A stretch of 64,000 bases of DNA from Spizellomyces punctatus DAOM BR117 (lineage: Eukaryota): assembly GCA_000182565.2 (NCBI GenBank), contig KQ257464.1, one strand, 5' to 3'. The stretch's first letter is position 1. Every line of letters begins with the position of its first letter. Made by a program: the position numbers and the translations under genes. Below the pieces are notes generated by a model. The model did not search any database. It saw only the letters and a list, made by a program, of their open reading frames with translations, and was not told the DNA's origin. Shown piece after piece: positions 21,766-35,023 of the stretch.

Positions 21766-24700
21766 ATGGATACCAACCTCATCAAAACAGGTGCGCGTTC
21801 TGACTCTGCCAGCGGACACTGTGTTCGCAGTCAAAACTTATAACCCTCGCTTTTCCAGTAAACAAACTTCAGGATGCATTTGCGGCCGTTGGCGTTGCCA
21901 ACCCTATTGACCTTCCTCAGGTACGTACACATGTTGCGATTATTCAAAGGATGGGAACATGCTGAGGCCAATGTTTTGAAATTGGTTCCAACTTTGGTCG
22001 TTGGATGGATTTCATGGACATTGCATCGTGGGAAGCTACGCACAATGCCCATACTGCTGGTAGTTAAAATCCTTGTTACTTTCTAGATTACTGTCATTGG
22101 CAGTCAGAGTAGCGGTAAAAGTTCCGTGCTAGAGAACATTGTAGGCCGGGATTTCCTCCCACGAGGTATGTTCATGGATGAGACATGATCAATACCTCTC
22201 TGCTATTCAGAAGTGTCAGTTGCTGAATTGGCGATCCTTAGGAACTGGTATTGTCACCAGGCGGCCACTCGTTTTGCAACTCATCAATAGGCCAAACTCA
22301 AAAGGGGAAGTAGGAGGGGTCGCTGCTGCGGAGTTCCATGGAAACGCACCTGTCGTATCGTCTCCGAACGGTGCTTCCACTCCACCGAGGGGTTCAAATG
22401 TCGAGGCCGATGAATGGGGAGAATTTCTTCATATTCCTGGGAAAAAGTTCACGAATTTTGACGAGATTCGCGACGAAATTGTAAAAGAGACTGAGGCCAA
22501 GACTGGAAAGAACGCAGGCATTTCGCCTGAACCAATCAACCTCCGAATTTATTCGCCAAATGTCCTGACTCTCACGCTCGTGGACCTTCCGGGATTGACA
22601 AAGGTGCCCGTCGGTGATCAGCCCAAAGATATTGAGAAGCAAATCCGTGATATGATTTTGAAGTTCATTACAAAAAATAATGCAATCATTTTGGCTGTGA
22701 CGGCGGCCAACACCGATTTGGCAAATTCTGATGGCTTGAAACTTGCGCGTGAAGTTGATCCCGATGGTGTTCGGACTATTGGTGTGCTTACCAAGATCGA
22801 TTTGATGGATCAGGGGACGGATGTGGTGGATATTCTTGCCGGACGTGTCATTCCCCTGCGTTTAGGTGGCTATCTTGATTGTGTGAAAATGTTCGAAATG
22901 CAATGATGCAACATCTGACCGCACATGCTGTTAGGATACGTACCTGTCATCAACCGTGGCCAACGGGATATTGAATCGAAAAAGAAAATCTCCGTTGCTT
23001 TGGAGGGAGAACGCAGCTTCTTTGAGAATCACCCCTCCTACAAAAGCAAGGCTCAGTACTGTGGTACCCCATTCCTTGCGAGGAAGCTCAACATGGTCTG
23101 TGAGATGGGGTGACCGATTATGCCATCCGTAGCCGAACCATTTCTAAGCAGATGAGATATCTTGTAGATTCTGATGCACCACATTCGAAACACATTACCC
23201 GAGATCAAAGCGAAGATTCAGGCAGGCCTCGCAAAGTACACACAGGAGCTCTCCCAACTTGGTGATGTCTTGACAGACGACTCCACTAGCCAGGTACGGT
23301 ATCATGTGGCCTCTTTGTCATCCAATACGTAAATGTTTACATGGTGTTTCCCTCTTTTCAGTCCAACATTATTCTCAATGTGATTACTGAGTTCACCAAT
23401 GAATATCGAACAATTATCGATGGTACCTCCAATGAGATCACTAGTGATGAGCTCAGCGGCGGCGCACGTATTAGCTTTGTGTTCCATGAGATATTCGGTT
23501 CAGCTATACGAAGCATGGATCCATTTGATCAGATCAAAGATGTCGACATCAGGACCATCTTATATAACTCTTCGGTAAGACTAGGGATTCTTTGTGGACT
23601 AGTAACAATATACTAATGGACATTGGGACATTGCAAACAGGGATCTTCACCTGCTCTCTTTGTGGGAACCGCTGCCTTTGTGAGTAGTAGCATGAAAAAT
23701 CGGTGATCTCTTGGCTTGTACAAACCCCCGATGGTAATGATTTTGTAGGAAGTACTTGTGAAGCAGCAGATCCGGAGGTTGGAGGACCCAAGTTTGAAAT
23801 GCGCGTCGATGATCTACGATGAGTTGGTGCGAATTCTAAACAAGTTGCTACAGAAGCAGGTAATACCGACAGTGTCAGATACTGTTTTTTGAGCTGACAG
23901 GCTAATGTTATGGTGTAGATTTTCAAGCGTTTCCCGGCTATGAGAGAAAGGTTTTATACCGTTGTTATCAATTTCTTTAAAGTAAGTTCCATTCACTTTC
24001 CGAAAGTGTATCGAATAGCTCAGTATGTGGACGAGCTGAACTTACGCTTGTTGTCGATTTCAGAAATGCATGATGCCCACAAATAAATGTGTGCAGGACT
24101 TGATTGCGTACGTACAATTGTTTCACGCAGTCGAATGTTGCCCAGGAGCTCACATGTCATCGTTAGAGCGGAGGCGTGTTACGTTAATACAGGACACCCC
24201 GATTTCATAACAGGACACAAGGTATATTGGTGTGCGACTACGATCTGTTTCCATTTCGGTGCACTGATGACATCTTGCAGGCCATGGCCATCATAAACGA
24301 CCGCGTAAATGCCTCAAAAGCACCTCCACCGCAGCCACCGGTTGATCCCAAGAACCCCCGCGCGTCAACAAACTCTCCTGCAGCTGCATTACCGGCCCGC
24401 GATCCCAATGCTGATATTATTGCCCAGGCAAACAACTCAGACGGTTTCTTCGGGAGCTTCTTCTCTAAAAAGAAGAAGCCGGGCGTGTTGGAGAACCCTC
24501 CTCCTGTCCTGAAGGCATCAGGCAACTTATCCGAGCGGGAGTACATGGAGACCGAGGTCATCAGTGAGTATCGTCTGCTTACTATCCGTACATTGCTTGA
24601 GGGGTTCTCTAATCGGGTGTCCCTTGACAGAGCTGTTACTCCTTTCCTACTTTAGTATTGTCAAACGCACCGTTGCCGATCTTGTTCCAAAGTTCGTAAT

Positions 24701-24881
24701 GTTGAAGCTCGTGCAGCACACCAAGGAAGAACTACAACGGGAACTTTTGGCGGAGCTATACAAGAAGGAAGTGTTTGATGACGCACTACAGGAGAGTGAC
24801 TTCACTAAGCAGCGGCGTATGGAGTGCAAGAAGATGATTGACGCTCTGCAACGGGCTGATGAAATTATTGCCGCAGTTTGA
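21766..24881 (+). CDS. VPS1: Dynamin-related GTPase Vps1
   Basis: [55 protein letters not shown], middle domain and GED; many short introns. Confidence 0.95.
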
Positions 24882-25064
24882 GGGTTATTTTGCCATTGAA
24901 GGCGGGTTGTCGGCGGGGACGAAGGGAATGTCCTATGGTTATTTGTCTCTCTGTTTTGCTATAGATCACATTATGGTAATTCCATAGTAGAGAATTCAGT
25001 TCAGGAAATCCAACCTCATAGTTAATGAATTGCATAGCCACCCGACTGTTGAGTTAATGCACAA

Positions 25065-25961
25065 ATGTCGACCGACTTGCCCGGATCTTTCATGCCGGCG
25101 TCAGATTCTTCTGTAACTCTTCTAGGAAATACCCCCCTCGACAGCATCAGATCGGAGCTACACAGTGCTCACGAAACACTCGTGGACATTGTCACGTCAC
25201 TGGGATGCTCTTTCGACCAGATCGAGGAATACACAACTGTAGGATATGCAACTCCTTGCACTCTTTTAAGACTCGCAATCCTTATGAATAACTCTTAGCG
25301 TAGCAAACACCTTGTATCATGTCCTTATGTTCTCTCTCATCGTGTGCCCCAAAAGTTCTTGGAGCGACATGTTGAGAGGTGTAAGGCGAAGCCCTCGGTG
25401 AGTGGGTCGATACTGTGGACCGTTCAGGAATGTTCATTAACGTGCAGTGGTCTTTATCTTTATTGGACTGCCATGTTATTTCATTAGGACAGAGTATCTG
25501 AGCACAATACAGATCTGCGTAGGGTGGAAGGTTTGAACTTGTCTTGTTTTTCTTTCATGCCGATACAACTGCTTTTATATAATGCTCGCTTGTTTAGACG
25601 CAGCGCAGACTGGGTTAGGAAACCCGAAAAGGTCGTATGACCAGCTAGGGGAGCCTTCCACACCACTCGTTGGGCAACGACAATCGGAGGATAGTACAGC
25701 TATACAGCAACCATTGACTAGGTACCTTCCGAAGCATCTTCAAGGCGACCCCATCAAACGACGTCGAAAAGCTTACCGGACGAAAGGGAGAAACAAACGA
25801 TCATTGCGAGAGGTAGTCATAAGATGTACACCCTCAGATGCTAGCAGCAACAGGGATTCTCATATAATTTCATGTTTAAATAGATCATGCGAGATGTCAT
25901 TGACGGCTATATGGCCGATATTGCCAATGACGATGAAAAGTCCCAGCCAAACCGTACATAG
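25065..25961 (+). CDS. SNRNP48: U11/U12 snRNP 48K-like protein (CHHC zinc finger)
   Basis: Spliced: LHSAHETLVDIVTSLGCSF..|LVSCPYVLSHRVPQKFLERHVERC|..KRRRKAYRTK..RSLRE|IMRDVIDGYM. Three blocks match recalled U11-48K motifs (N-terminal helix, C-x5-H-x9-H-x3-C, KRRRxSYR..EVIRDVI). Confidence 0.78.
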
Positions 25962-26019
25962 AGCCTGTTTCCTGTTGCCCATTTGTACATATTCGCAGTT
26001 CAATCTCATTGGAGTGCTG

Positions 26020-26950
26020 TTACAGTGTGGTAGACTTGTCTAGGAACTTTTGCCAATGCACAAGACAGATGGCAGCCATTCGCCTGTTGAGCCAATTCGA
26101 TCATTGCCGTCAGTGGAACGGGTGTATGAAAGACAAGAAATCGTTATCAATACACTCACCAGACACGGTACTGCCTTATAAACTCGCCAACACCCTCCAT
26201 GCTAATAATGGTCGACTGGTGCTTGGCGATCCAATGTTTTATGAGTGGCAGATGGATGGGCGCTGCTGTATCATCCAACTCATCAAAACCATCATCGTCA
26301 TCACATTCATCAGAGGATGATGAGCTGAAGGATTTTTTATAGAGCATTGATATTACTCGTTTTGTCTCCATGCGCTTGTGCCATTTCGCTCTATCCACAT
26401 TTGGTTGTGGGGGCTGTGGTGTGCGCTGTTCCATTTTCCTTGAATTGTCTGGTGGATGTGGTCGCCCAGGAGGACTAGGACTTCCAAAGTAACGCTGTCC
26501 CTTCATGTTTCCTGCCTGATTTTTGAACCCCAGCGGCTTCCCATGCTCGTCACTCCCGATTGAGTTTTTCCTTCGTATTCGCAAACCTGGCTCCTGTATG
26601 CCGTGATGGGATGCATTGTCGGACCTTTCTAAAACGTTCTGTCGTTGTGAATGTATCACATTATGGGATTTCTCTTCAAAGTCAATCCCTTGCACGTTCC
26701 TCACGAGGCTCACAGTGTGACCCTCTTCTTGCCGCTGCCAGCAACTCTTCCTCCGTCGAGGTTTTCCGCAAGTGGCACTCCGCCGCTCAAGTACTCGCTC
26801 AATACACGGCCATTGTTCTCGTCTTGTGCATCGAATTGCAGACTTTGGTGACGGGCATAGGTTAGGGACGGAATTGGAATCGATTATGGAACTATTGGCG
26901 TGGACAAAGGCTAGCAGTTCGCTGCCTGGAGGTTTACTTGACTCGGCCAT
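26020..26950 (-). CDS. Hypothetical protein
   Basis: 264-aa ORF from ATG 26950; a GTGAGT..CTGAC..CAG intron leads to terminal exon RMAAICLVHWQKFLDKSTTL*; family not recognised. Confidence 0.55.
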
Positions 26951-27124
26951 GATCAGGTTTACGCGAAACTGACGCGAGACGCGTTTTTGGATGGACGATT
27001 GAAGTGTATGGAGATATCCACTTTATTTTTGCACCAGTGTACACATTTCTTTTACTTCGGTCATATACACAAGAGGGAACACAGAATTAGACAGTTCCCA
27101 TATTCTGCTATGCATCTCAGTCCT

Positions 27125-28327
27125 TCATTCCGTCATCTTGCGCGTGATGGATTGAATTTTTTTTGCAACAGATTTCGCGGTGGCAGCTGCTTTTGTAGCA
27201 ACCTTCTTGCCCTTGGGGGCCAAAATCCCACGTACAGACTTTGCCCTTGCAATGGTCTTCTTTACTACTGGACGGAGCGCCACCGTTTTCTTTGGGACCT
27301 TCTTTGCGGAATTGGCTCGGATGGCCTTTTCCAGGTTAGCACGAGCTGCATCGATTCCATTGGACTGCCTATAGGCAGCTATTTTCTTCTTGTATGCTTC
27401 CGCTTCGGTGGCATACGCAGTTTGATATTTCTGTGATTGGGGCGCTGATCAGCAGCGGGAACACCATGAAAAATCATACCATTCATGTCTATACCTTTTT
27501 CTCGCTCTCAGGCAAACGTTTATACGCAGCTGCAACCAATTTGCTGGCCTCATGGGGAGGTAGGCCAGCGGCGCTCCGACCAAGCACTTCCTCCTGCTTC
27601 GAAGGACTCATCGAGTACACATCCTTAAAGAACCTGGCAAACGAGGTAAGGGGCGCCTTCGGAGCCTTTGCATCCCGTGCGGGCTTCGCGGTCACCCTGT
27701 CTGGTTTGATGGACTTCTTCAGTCTATAGGCCTTTTTTTCCAAAAGAACATCTGTCGGCGTTCTTTTGTCAAGATAATTCTTGTAATCACGCTCGTATTG
27801 AGCCTTCGCCTTTTCTGCCTGGGCATGATATTGCTTTTAAAGGGGAGGTTAGATATGGTCGAACAAACGGGAGTATGGTAACGGGACATATGTTTATACC
27901 TTCTTTTCGGATTCCGGCAAGCGTTCCCACCTCGAAGAGACCTCTCTGCTAATGGCGGTCAACTTGGCGCGATAATCCTTGTTGGCAAAGGCAGGGTCTT
28001 TGGAGAGTGTTTGGATTTGAGCGCTTGAAAAGAGAAAGTACGCGGGAATTGGCTTTTTGGGAGGGGTAACCGACGGCTTAGGAAGAGCTTTCAGCTTCCT
28101 CTTTGCCAATGTAACCGGAGAGGGAGCTGACCATGGAAAGCATATTTATGTCAATCAAGCCGAACATGAATCTCTGCGCATTGTGATCAGATCGGTTACA
28201 TACCAGTGCCGGTCGAACGAACAGCACTAGTCTGGAGAAGACGGAGACCGTAAGGAGCACTTTTGACTATTTGTTGGTAGACGCGCTCCCTGGCGGGAAG
28301 AACCGGCTGAAGGAAGACGGAAAGCAT
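27125..28327 (-). CDS. Mitochondrial two-HMG-box protein (TFAM/Abf2-like) with Lys/Ala-rich tail
   Basis: Presequence-like MLSVFLQPVLPARERVYQQ..LRLLQTSAVRS; HMG1 PPKKPIPAYFLF..EVSSRWERLPESEKK|QY; HMG2 APKAPLTSFARF..LVAAAYKRLPESEKK|KY; tail KKVATKAAATAKSVAKK. Confidence 0.8.
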
Positions 28328-28777
28328 GCCTGTTGAGCACGACAGTGATCCGATCTGTAAAGAGTTGCTTGTATAGATCGAATGGAGAATTTCGTAGCTG
28401 GACCGGAGAACGCGCGGGCAAGCGAGAGAAGCGTTAAGAGATGTCCGAAGAGCGGCTGCAAACACGCGTCAGATGTATCCCAGTCGAGACGAGAAGCTCT
28501 CTGCTCTTCAATGGCAGAACACAATGTCACAGATACAACCTTTGACTTTTTTGAAGTAAGCAATGCTAATCCCTTGTTGATTGGAAAGCGAGGAGAGAAA
28601 AGCTAGGCTGGACGTGTCAAAAGACCAAAAGACGGCTAGTTTGACGTGTGTCAGGTTCATGTCCGATAATTGGTCATCCGATCACATGTCCTGCGGGGTG
28701 TTCCATTCGCAGGATTGCAAAGATCTGGTGAACATTGCTTTGCGGAAACCGTGCCCATTCACTTACCGCCAACGCAA

Positions 28778-29163
28778 ATGTCGGAAGCGCTTGTTATCTT
28801 CCTTTTCCTACTATTTGCGCTTCTCATGCTGGCGTTTGTCTGCTATCTTGGTGCGGACACATGCTGTGGACGGGAATTGCTTGCGTCTCTGAATATTCCG
28901 ATTATAAGCCGATGGGCGGCACAGCGATCTTCACGTTACGGAGAACTCGATGACAGCGAGGGCATGAACTGGCAAAGAAGCGATGATGACTGGTTTGAGA
29001 TGCGATCACAGATGCGAACTGCCATGGCGCCCGGTAGGTGCCATATCCAGCTTGTCTTGTGACTTGCAGCAGCTCCTAAATAGCCTCTCTGTTCCGGTGG
29101 TTAGAGCCATTGAGAAGCGACTGGGAGCGGGATCTTCAAGGGGAGCTGTGGATGAAGGGTTGA
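28778..29163 (+). CDS. Small single-pass membrane protein, unknown function
   Basis: MSEALVIFLFLLFALLMLAFVCYLG followed by an acidic/Trp tail; probable intron 29034-29104. Confidence 0.55.
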
Positions 29164-29429
29164 TCGTTGAGGGTTTAGCGTGGAGTTATTACCATGATTC
29201 TGTGATTCACTTAATCGGCTGATTCGGGGGATAGACAAACCCTCTTGTATATAAGCTTATTGTACATGCTAGTGCGTAGATACTCTGCATTTTCAAACTA
29301 ATACGTAGATACTCTGCTGTATATCGACACTTTGGGCGGCTCAGTGCTGAGCCATGATCGGCAAGCTTAGTGACACGTCCCAAGTGAGTACTTGTTGCAT
29401 GCCGACTTCCTCTGTGTCGAATTGGGTCA

Positions 29430-30893
29430 ATGCTCGCGACCACTCGCACCGCGCCCCCCATTAAGCGCTCTTTACAAGGGGTTACGGCTTCTGCTTCCAA
29501 AAAGATTAAACTTCACCAGATGACCATGTTGACGGCGACTGCCCCGACTTCTGCGCGGCCCCTCACTCCCCTAGTCACCTCCTTACTTGAAAGGAATCAC
29601 AATGAACACCACATGTACTTTGCGGGGGGATTGCACAATCACTTTCCTCATACACTTTTGTCACAATTTGCCTTGGGTGCAAGTGAACAAAGATTAAATA
29701 GGGAATGGTCATTGGAAGATCCCGACTTGGAGAAATTGGGTGAACCCGTGGAGAATATTGTGCTGAACGAGAAGAACTGGAGAGATTACATTGGTATCAG
29801 AAGGTAAGCCATTAATCTGATCTACTCCTATACCTTAAAGAATCGATGTTGATAACGCTCTCATAATAGATACTATCCCAATTATCTCAAATTCTTTGAC
29901 CACCTAGTTCAACGGGACGGAATTATTCCAACGACCGTCAAGTATGCGTTTGACCCAGTCTTGATACCTTCCGTACTGAGTGGACTTTTACATCCTCTCA
30001 TCCATATCGGTTTTGGCGTCGAGTTCTCGTCGCCACTGGTAACAGCTGAAGGGCTGGCGGAGGCTTGCACTCATCAACCTAAAATGAAACCCGTTCTTGA
30101 CGCAAGTCGAAAACATTCGGAACTAAATCAACCAGCATCACACTCGAAGTACAATACGAAACGCATAGTGGAGTTCTTTGACACACTGCGAAAGGATCCT
30201 CGGTTGGATGGCTTGGTCACTGTTGAAAATGATGATAAAACGGCTGCCACGATTCAGAAATGTGCAGAGGTCATTGCAGAGTACGCTAATCTATGGACGA
30301 TTGAAGGTATACATCACAGACATATAATGCTAAGTGAATTGCAATCGCTTACATGTCATCACTTGCTTTTTTGATTAGAAACACCAGCCGGCATCCAAGA
30401 TGCTCTTCACACACTTTTTCATACCACCACCGATTTGTATGCCTCGACCGGCTTGCGTCCAGGTCACCCAGCATCCCCAAGGCTGGACTTTTTTCTCCTC
30501 CACTTGTTGACAGCAACTCTCGCGACAAGGCACCTTCTCCCCCACCTCAGTATCGATGCTTCCCGAGATCTACTCCACGCCCATTTCACCATCTGCCTAA
30601 CCTTCTACATCGCGCGTGGTCGTCCACCGGTGCAGCCTACACTACTACTAGCTCTACCTGTCAAGAACTCACCCGCACTGAAAACGTGGGAGCAAATTGT
30701 ACACTATGCTCATGAGAGCGAGGATCTGCATGTACCAAAAGTGATCAGAACTTTGAAGATTGCCGAGGAGATGTACGGACCTGAGAATGACTTGTGGATT
30801 CAGGTTGCTAGGCTCACCATTGATAAGTTGGTGATCAAGGGTGGTCAGTGGGACAGGGATGGATGTGGTTACGAAGAGACTTGGGGAGGGTGA
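29430..30893 (+). CDS. Questin oxidase-like / DUF4243 family protein
   Basis: LHNHFPHTLLSQFALGAS, YYPNYLKFF, SGLLHPLIHIGFGVE..AEGLA, DFFLLHLLT, DLHVPKVIR; 2 introns. Confidence 0.85.
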
Positions 30894-31210
30894 GGCGGAA
30901 TACCCTGAACGTGGGACGCATTGATGTTTGCGATGGCCTGTGTGAGTTTTCCAACATTTATGGAAGCCGTACTGTGAGCGGGCGGATTTTGCATTGCTTA
31001 CGCTCATGACTGAGTATTGGAGAGTCAACCGCTGATGGATAAGGCCGTCTCATTGTATTTTTTTTAACATAGCTGTTCACTGTGTATGGTAAATCATATC
31101 CAAAATTGAGCACTTGTAAATAAGTAAAAGTGCGATCCCCCCGCTTACTAAGTGATGAATTGGGGATGGTTATGCACAAAAACCAATACAAAATCGTAAA
31201 GAATGTCCCA

Positions 31211-33553
31211 TCAGACAAGCTTATACTTTCGCGCCCACCAGTACACAAATGTCGCGATGACTACCATAAAGACCACAATCCCAATGAACCAGTGGAGGGT
31301 GCCCGTTTGTTCACCAGGTACTGTTACATTCATACCAAAGAGCCCTATGATGAAGTTCACTATTAAAAAATTGCGGGTACAAATCATCTGAGATCAACAA
31401 CTAACCAGTTACAACGTTCAACGGCAACAAAATACTAGCCATGGCCGTCATTTTCATCACAACATCATTTGTTCGGTTCGAGGCTTGAGTAATTTCAATG
31501 GAAATCTGGGCCAGGTAATTGGAATGGGACCTTGCTAAGGTCTTCTCGTAGTGGGACAAGTTTTGCACCATTGTAATCACATGATCTGCACATTGAGTTA
31601 GTTTCTTAGAATTTGCATATAAAATGCTTCCTCGATTTCAATTTACCTTGTATGTCTCCCAAATACAGTGACGTCTCACTATCAGCTGGTAGCCTCTCAC
31701 CACACCGCTTGATAATCGTCCGTAATACCTCCGCCTTAGTGCTCAGCAGACGTAACATCTGCATTACCTTTTTGCGCGCATGCCCAATTCGCCGCAGCAT
31801 ATCACTCTGCTCAGATTCCTTGAGAATGAGTACCAAATCGTCAATAGAGTCGACTTCCAACTCGATAAACCGGAGGAGAGGCATAAATGTGTCCGTAATA
31901 TCGTCAATCAGCGCGTAGTTTATCCAGTCTATCAATTACAACAGGGTATTGTCAGAGGGCACCCGAATTGAATATAGCAGACGTTTGGTATTACCTGGAG
32001 TAATATTAAGACCGTATGACTTCAGTTGTTCAATGCGTTTTAAAACGTTGTTTATATGGTCTATCGGCTTGCAATGGAACTGAAGAAAGACGATTCGGCA
32101 ATTAGCTTAAGCATCAAAACAAGATATATGCATGCTACTCACCGACAAAACACATTCCCTGAAAATCACAATGTACACATTAATCGGCTGCATGAACGTC
32201 ACACTGTATTGGTTCTGGTCGAATGTCCGTATACATATAAACGAATAATTGATAAATATCTCGCATTTTTCACGTGTCTCCTCGGTCTGAATGTCCTCGG
32301 TTGTCAAGGGATGAATACCAAACAGCTACGGGGAAAAATCTGATCAGCTTCTTCTTCGCAGCATCACAATTACTCATGGAAAAAGAAGTTTCCTTATATC
32401 CGGAAAGCGGTGACTTGCAACATAGCACCAACCTTGCTGAATGTCACCATCTCAGTATGGCTGGGATCCGTCACGTCTATCCAGAACGGTCCCGAACGTA
32501 GGATTTCAGAAATAGGCCCACCTCCACTAGGGAGCGTGAGACTGTCCAACGACTGACCGCGAACTATCCCGGTCTTCTGAGAATAAAACACAAAGCGCGG
32601 TGAAGATTCCTCCTGATACTATTAACGAAAACGAGTGAAGTGCGTCAGGTCAAACGCAGTGCAAAGAGAACACACAATCAATATCTTACCAAACTTTTCT
32701 TCCGATCTTTGCCTTGGGGAAGAGCTTGCGCGGACCCCAATACATCGCCGATTGCTTCAAAATCCAGTCCGTATCCAACAGGCGAGCGGACACATACATC
32801 GTCGCCGTCATATACGGCGGATTCTTGGCGAGTTGACACCGACTCTCTTGGCGTTTCACCTACTCGGATCTCCTGAACAGATTGCCCAAGTTCCCCTTTG
32901 GACGATTTCTTGCTCTTGCGTCTGGTCGCTGCCTGGGAAATCGATGGCTCGACTGTCTCGTCGGTCGGAAGTCGTCGTGATCGAAAGCTTGAGAGAACAC
33001 CTTTCCGCTGGGGTTCGCTTAATTCAAGACGCGGGTCGGCAGTCACACTCCGTGCAAGTAGAGGACGCCCTGCATTCAGCGACTGAGTAGATCCAGTCGC
33101 ATGGGACTCTTCGTCGTCATCGAAAGGGAATGGCGAGGATACTGCCTGCGGAGCAAACCAAGCCTCTTCAAGTCCGTGTGATTCATCACCATTCCGAATC
33201 TGCTGCTCCGTTGATATACGAGGCATCCTCAACGTCTCCGTGGTGTCGTCGCCTCTTTGACTCGCTTCGTTTCCAGAGCCAGATTGCGGAGTTAAAAGCC
33301 CTGGGCCAGTAGTAAGTGTGTACTCCAAGTCCGCCGAAAAAGATGCTGCTGCTGCTGCATTGGGGTCTGTGAAGTTAAAGTAGGACGCTCGACGATGAGC
33401 TGTCATGGGCGAGACACTGCTCGGTTGTCTTGAGACGTCTGAGACCGGAGGGGGAGTGCGGTGGGACGTAGTAGGGTTCGTGGACTGGGAGCGTAGGAAT
33501 GGAGTCTGGTCAGTAAGGGTCGTCTGCTCTGCGGCGTCAGGTGAGGCAGCCAT
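31211..33553 (-). CDS. CorA-family Mg2+ transporter (Alr1/Mnr2-like)
   Basis: PFWIDVTDP, FGIHPLTTEDIQTEETREKCE, YALIDDITD, YLGDIQDH, LPLNVVTGLFGMNV (GMN motif) and a second TM segment. Confidence 0.93.
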
Positions 33554-33855
33554 TGTGGAGAAAAGTGCGTTCTCAGCATGCGGAAAGAAATGAAATCAAA
33601 CTGCAAAGAAGAACGTCAAACAACCTGAAAATTGCTGGGCGGGGCAACTGAATTGATGGATTATTCTATAACACGTGCATGTCAAACCGCTATTGGATTG
33701 TTCTTTATTTTCATTCGAATGTTTGCCATGCATTGGACTCAAAGTAACAGTAGAAACGGACATGGGATTTGGATGCGATTTTGGCGATATTTATATCTTT
33801 TGCATTTAGATATATCAATGCATATTTGAGCATAAAAGTCTGCGTAAAGATAGCA

Positions 33856-35023
33856 TCAGCGATTTTCATCTTCCTCCCATCTTTTGATTCTTTCATTAAT
33901 GGCATGAGCCACGTCGGTATGTCCTCCTTGCTCTGCAAATTTAATAGCAGTTCCCAAATTCCGTCCTTGCTCTTGGATCTACTCCCCATCTATCCATAAG
34001 CTCCACGCACAGATCTCTATGACCATTTAGGGCGGCTGACATCAAGGTTGTCATATGTACATTGTTGTGCTTGTCCACCTCCGTGATGATTCTGGCTCCT
34101 TTCTCCAACATGGCTCTTGCGGCACTGATACTCCCTGATGTTGCGCACAGGCGGTCTAGTGCGGTTTGCTGTCGCGCGTCCTCAATATTAACACTTGCCC
34201 CCTTATCAAGGAGTAGCTCAACGATAGCCACACCATGTGGGTGCTTGGATGTTGCGTTCTCCGCCGCCCACATCAGAGGCGTGGAACCGCCCAGATCTTG
34301 GCTGTCCAGAGTCTCCGTTGAACGGTCTAGCAGAGCCTCTACAGCGCGGAGGTTCCCATAGGTAGCTGCGAGACTGAGAGGCGTTTTTCCAGAGCGCGTG
34401 GTCGCGGTGTCAGAAGCTCCGGCTTTGAGCAGGGCTTCCACAACGCCCCGTGAGGCGCTTTGACAAGCGTTCTACAAGGACATTATGAGACCATACATCG
34501 TGCATAAATGGGACACATCATGTCTACCATAAGCATAGTTTTGCCAAATCGATCCCTCATCTCTAGGCTAACTTCCTTTCCATGGTCGGAGGTAATTCGT
34601 CGGATAGCTTCAGCATCATTATTTCCAACAGCACGAAAGAGCTGATTTGTAAGGCGTGCCGAAAGGGTCTCATCTAGCGGGACAAAGTTGACAAGTACTC
34701 GATTGCTCAACAACTTATTCCATCCACCGACCTGTCGTTCTGCCCTCGATCTCAGCATATTCCTTGCTCCAGTCGCCACCGAGCTCCGGACTCTCCCTGA
34801 CACGCAGCTTAATCCTATATCTTGTCTCTGGCTTCAAATCATGGATCTCCACGTTGGTATCACTTCCTTCGTAAACGACTAAAAGTTCAGGGTCTGCTTC
34901 TTCCCCACGCGAGAGCTGATATGTGCCAGTCTGTTCGACTTCATCTTGAGTTTCCCATTCCACGACTAGACTACGAGCTGCTGCTGAAATAATCTTTGGT
35001 GTAGGTATCACTGATGTTGGCAT
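33856..35023 (-). CDS. FANK1: Fibronectin type III + ankyrin repeat protein (FANK1-like); apparent frameshift in the last repeat
   Basis: FN3 (SLVVEW..VYEG..LKPETRYRIKLRV..GDWS) then ankyrin repeats (GKTPLSLAA, GSTPLMWAAE, TTLMSAALNGH). The terminal repeat TAIKFAEQGGHTDVAHAI continues only in another frame after tttgggaac (~33952). Confidence 0.8.

Noticed and set aside
27125-28327. HMG gene as a sexP/sexM-like mating-type locus
   Set aside because: Two non-sequence-specific HMG boxes plus a presequence fit TFAM/Abf2; no tptA/rnhA-like flanking genes.
33945-33960. Programmed ribosomal frameshift in FANK1
   Set aside because: TTTGGGA is not a canonical slippery heptamer in the required frame, and the shift needed is +1/-2.
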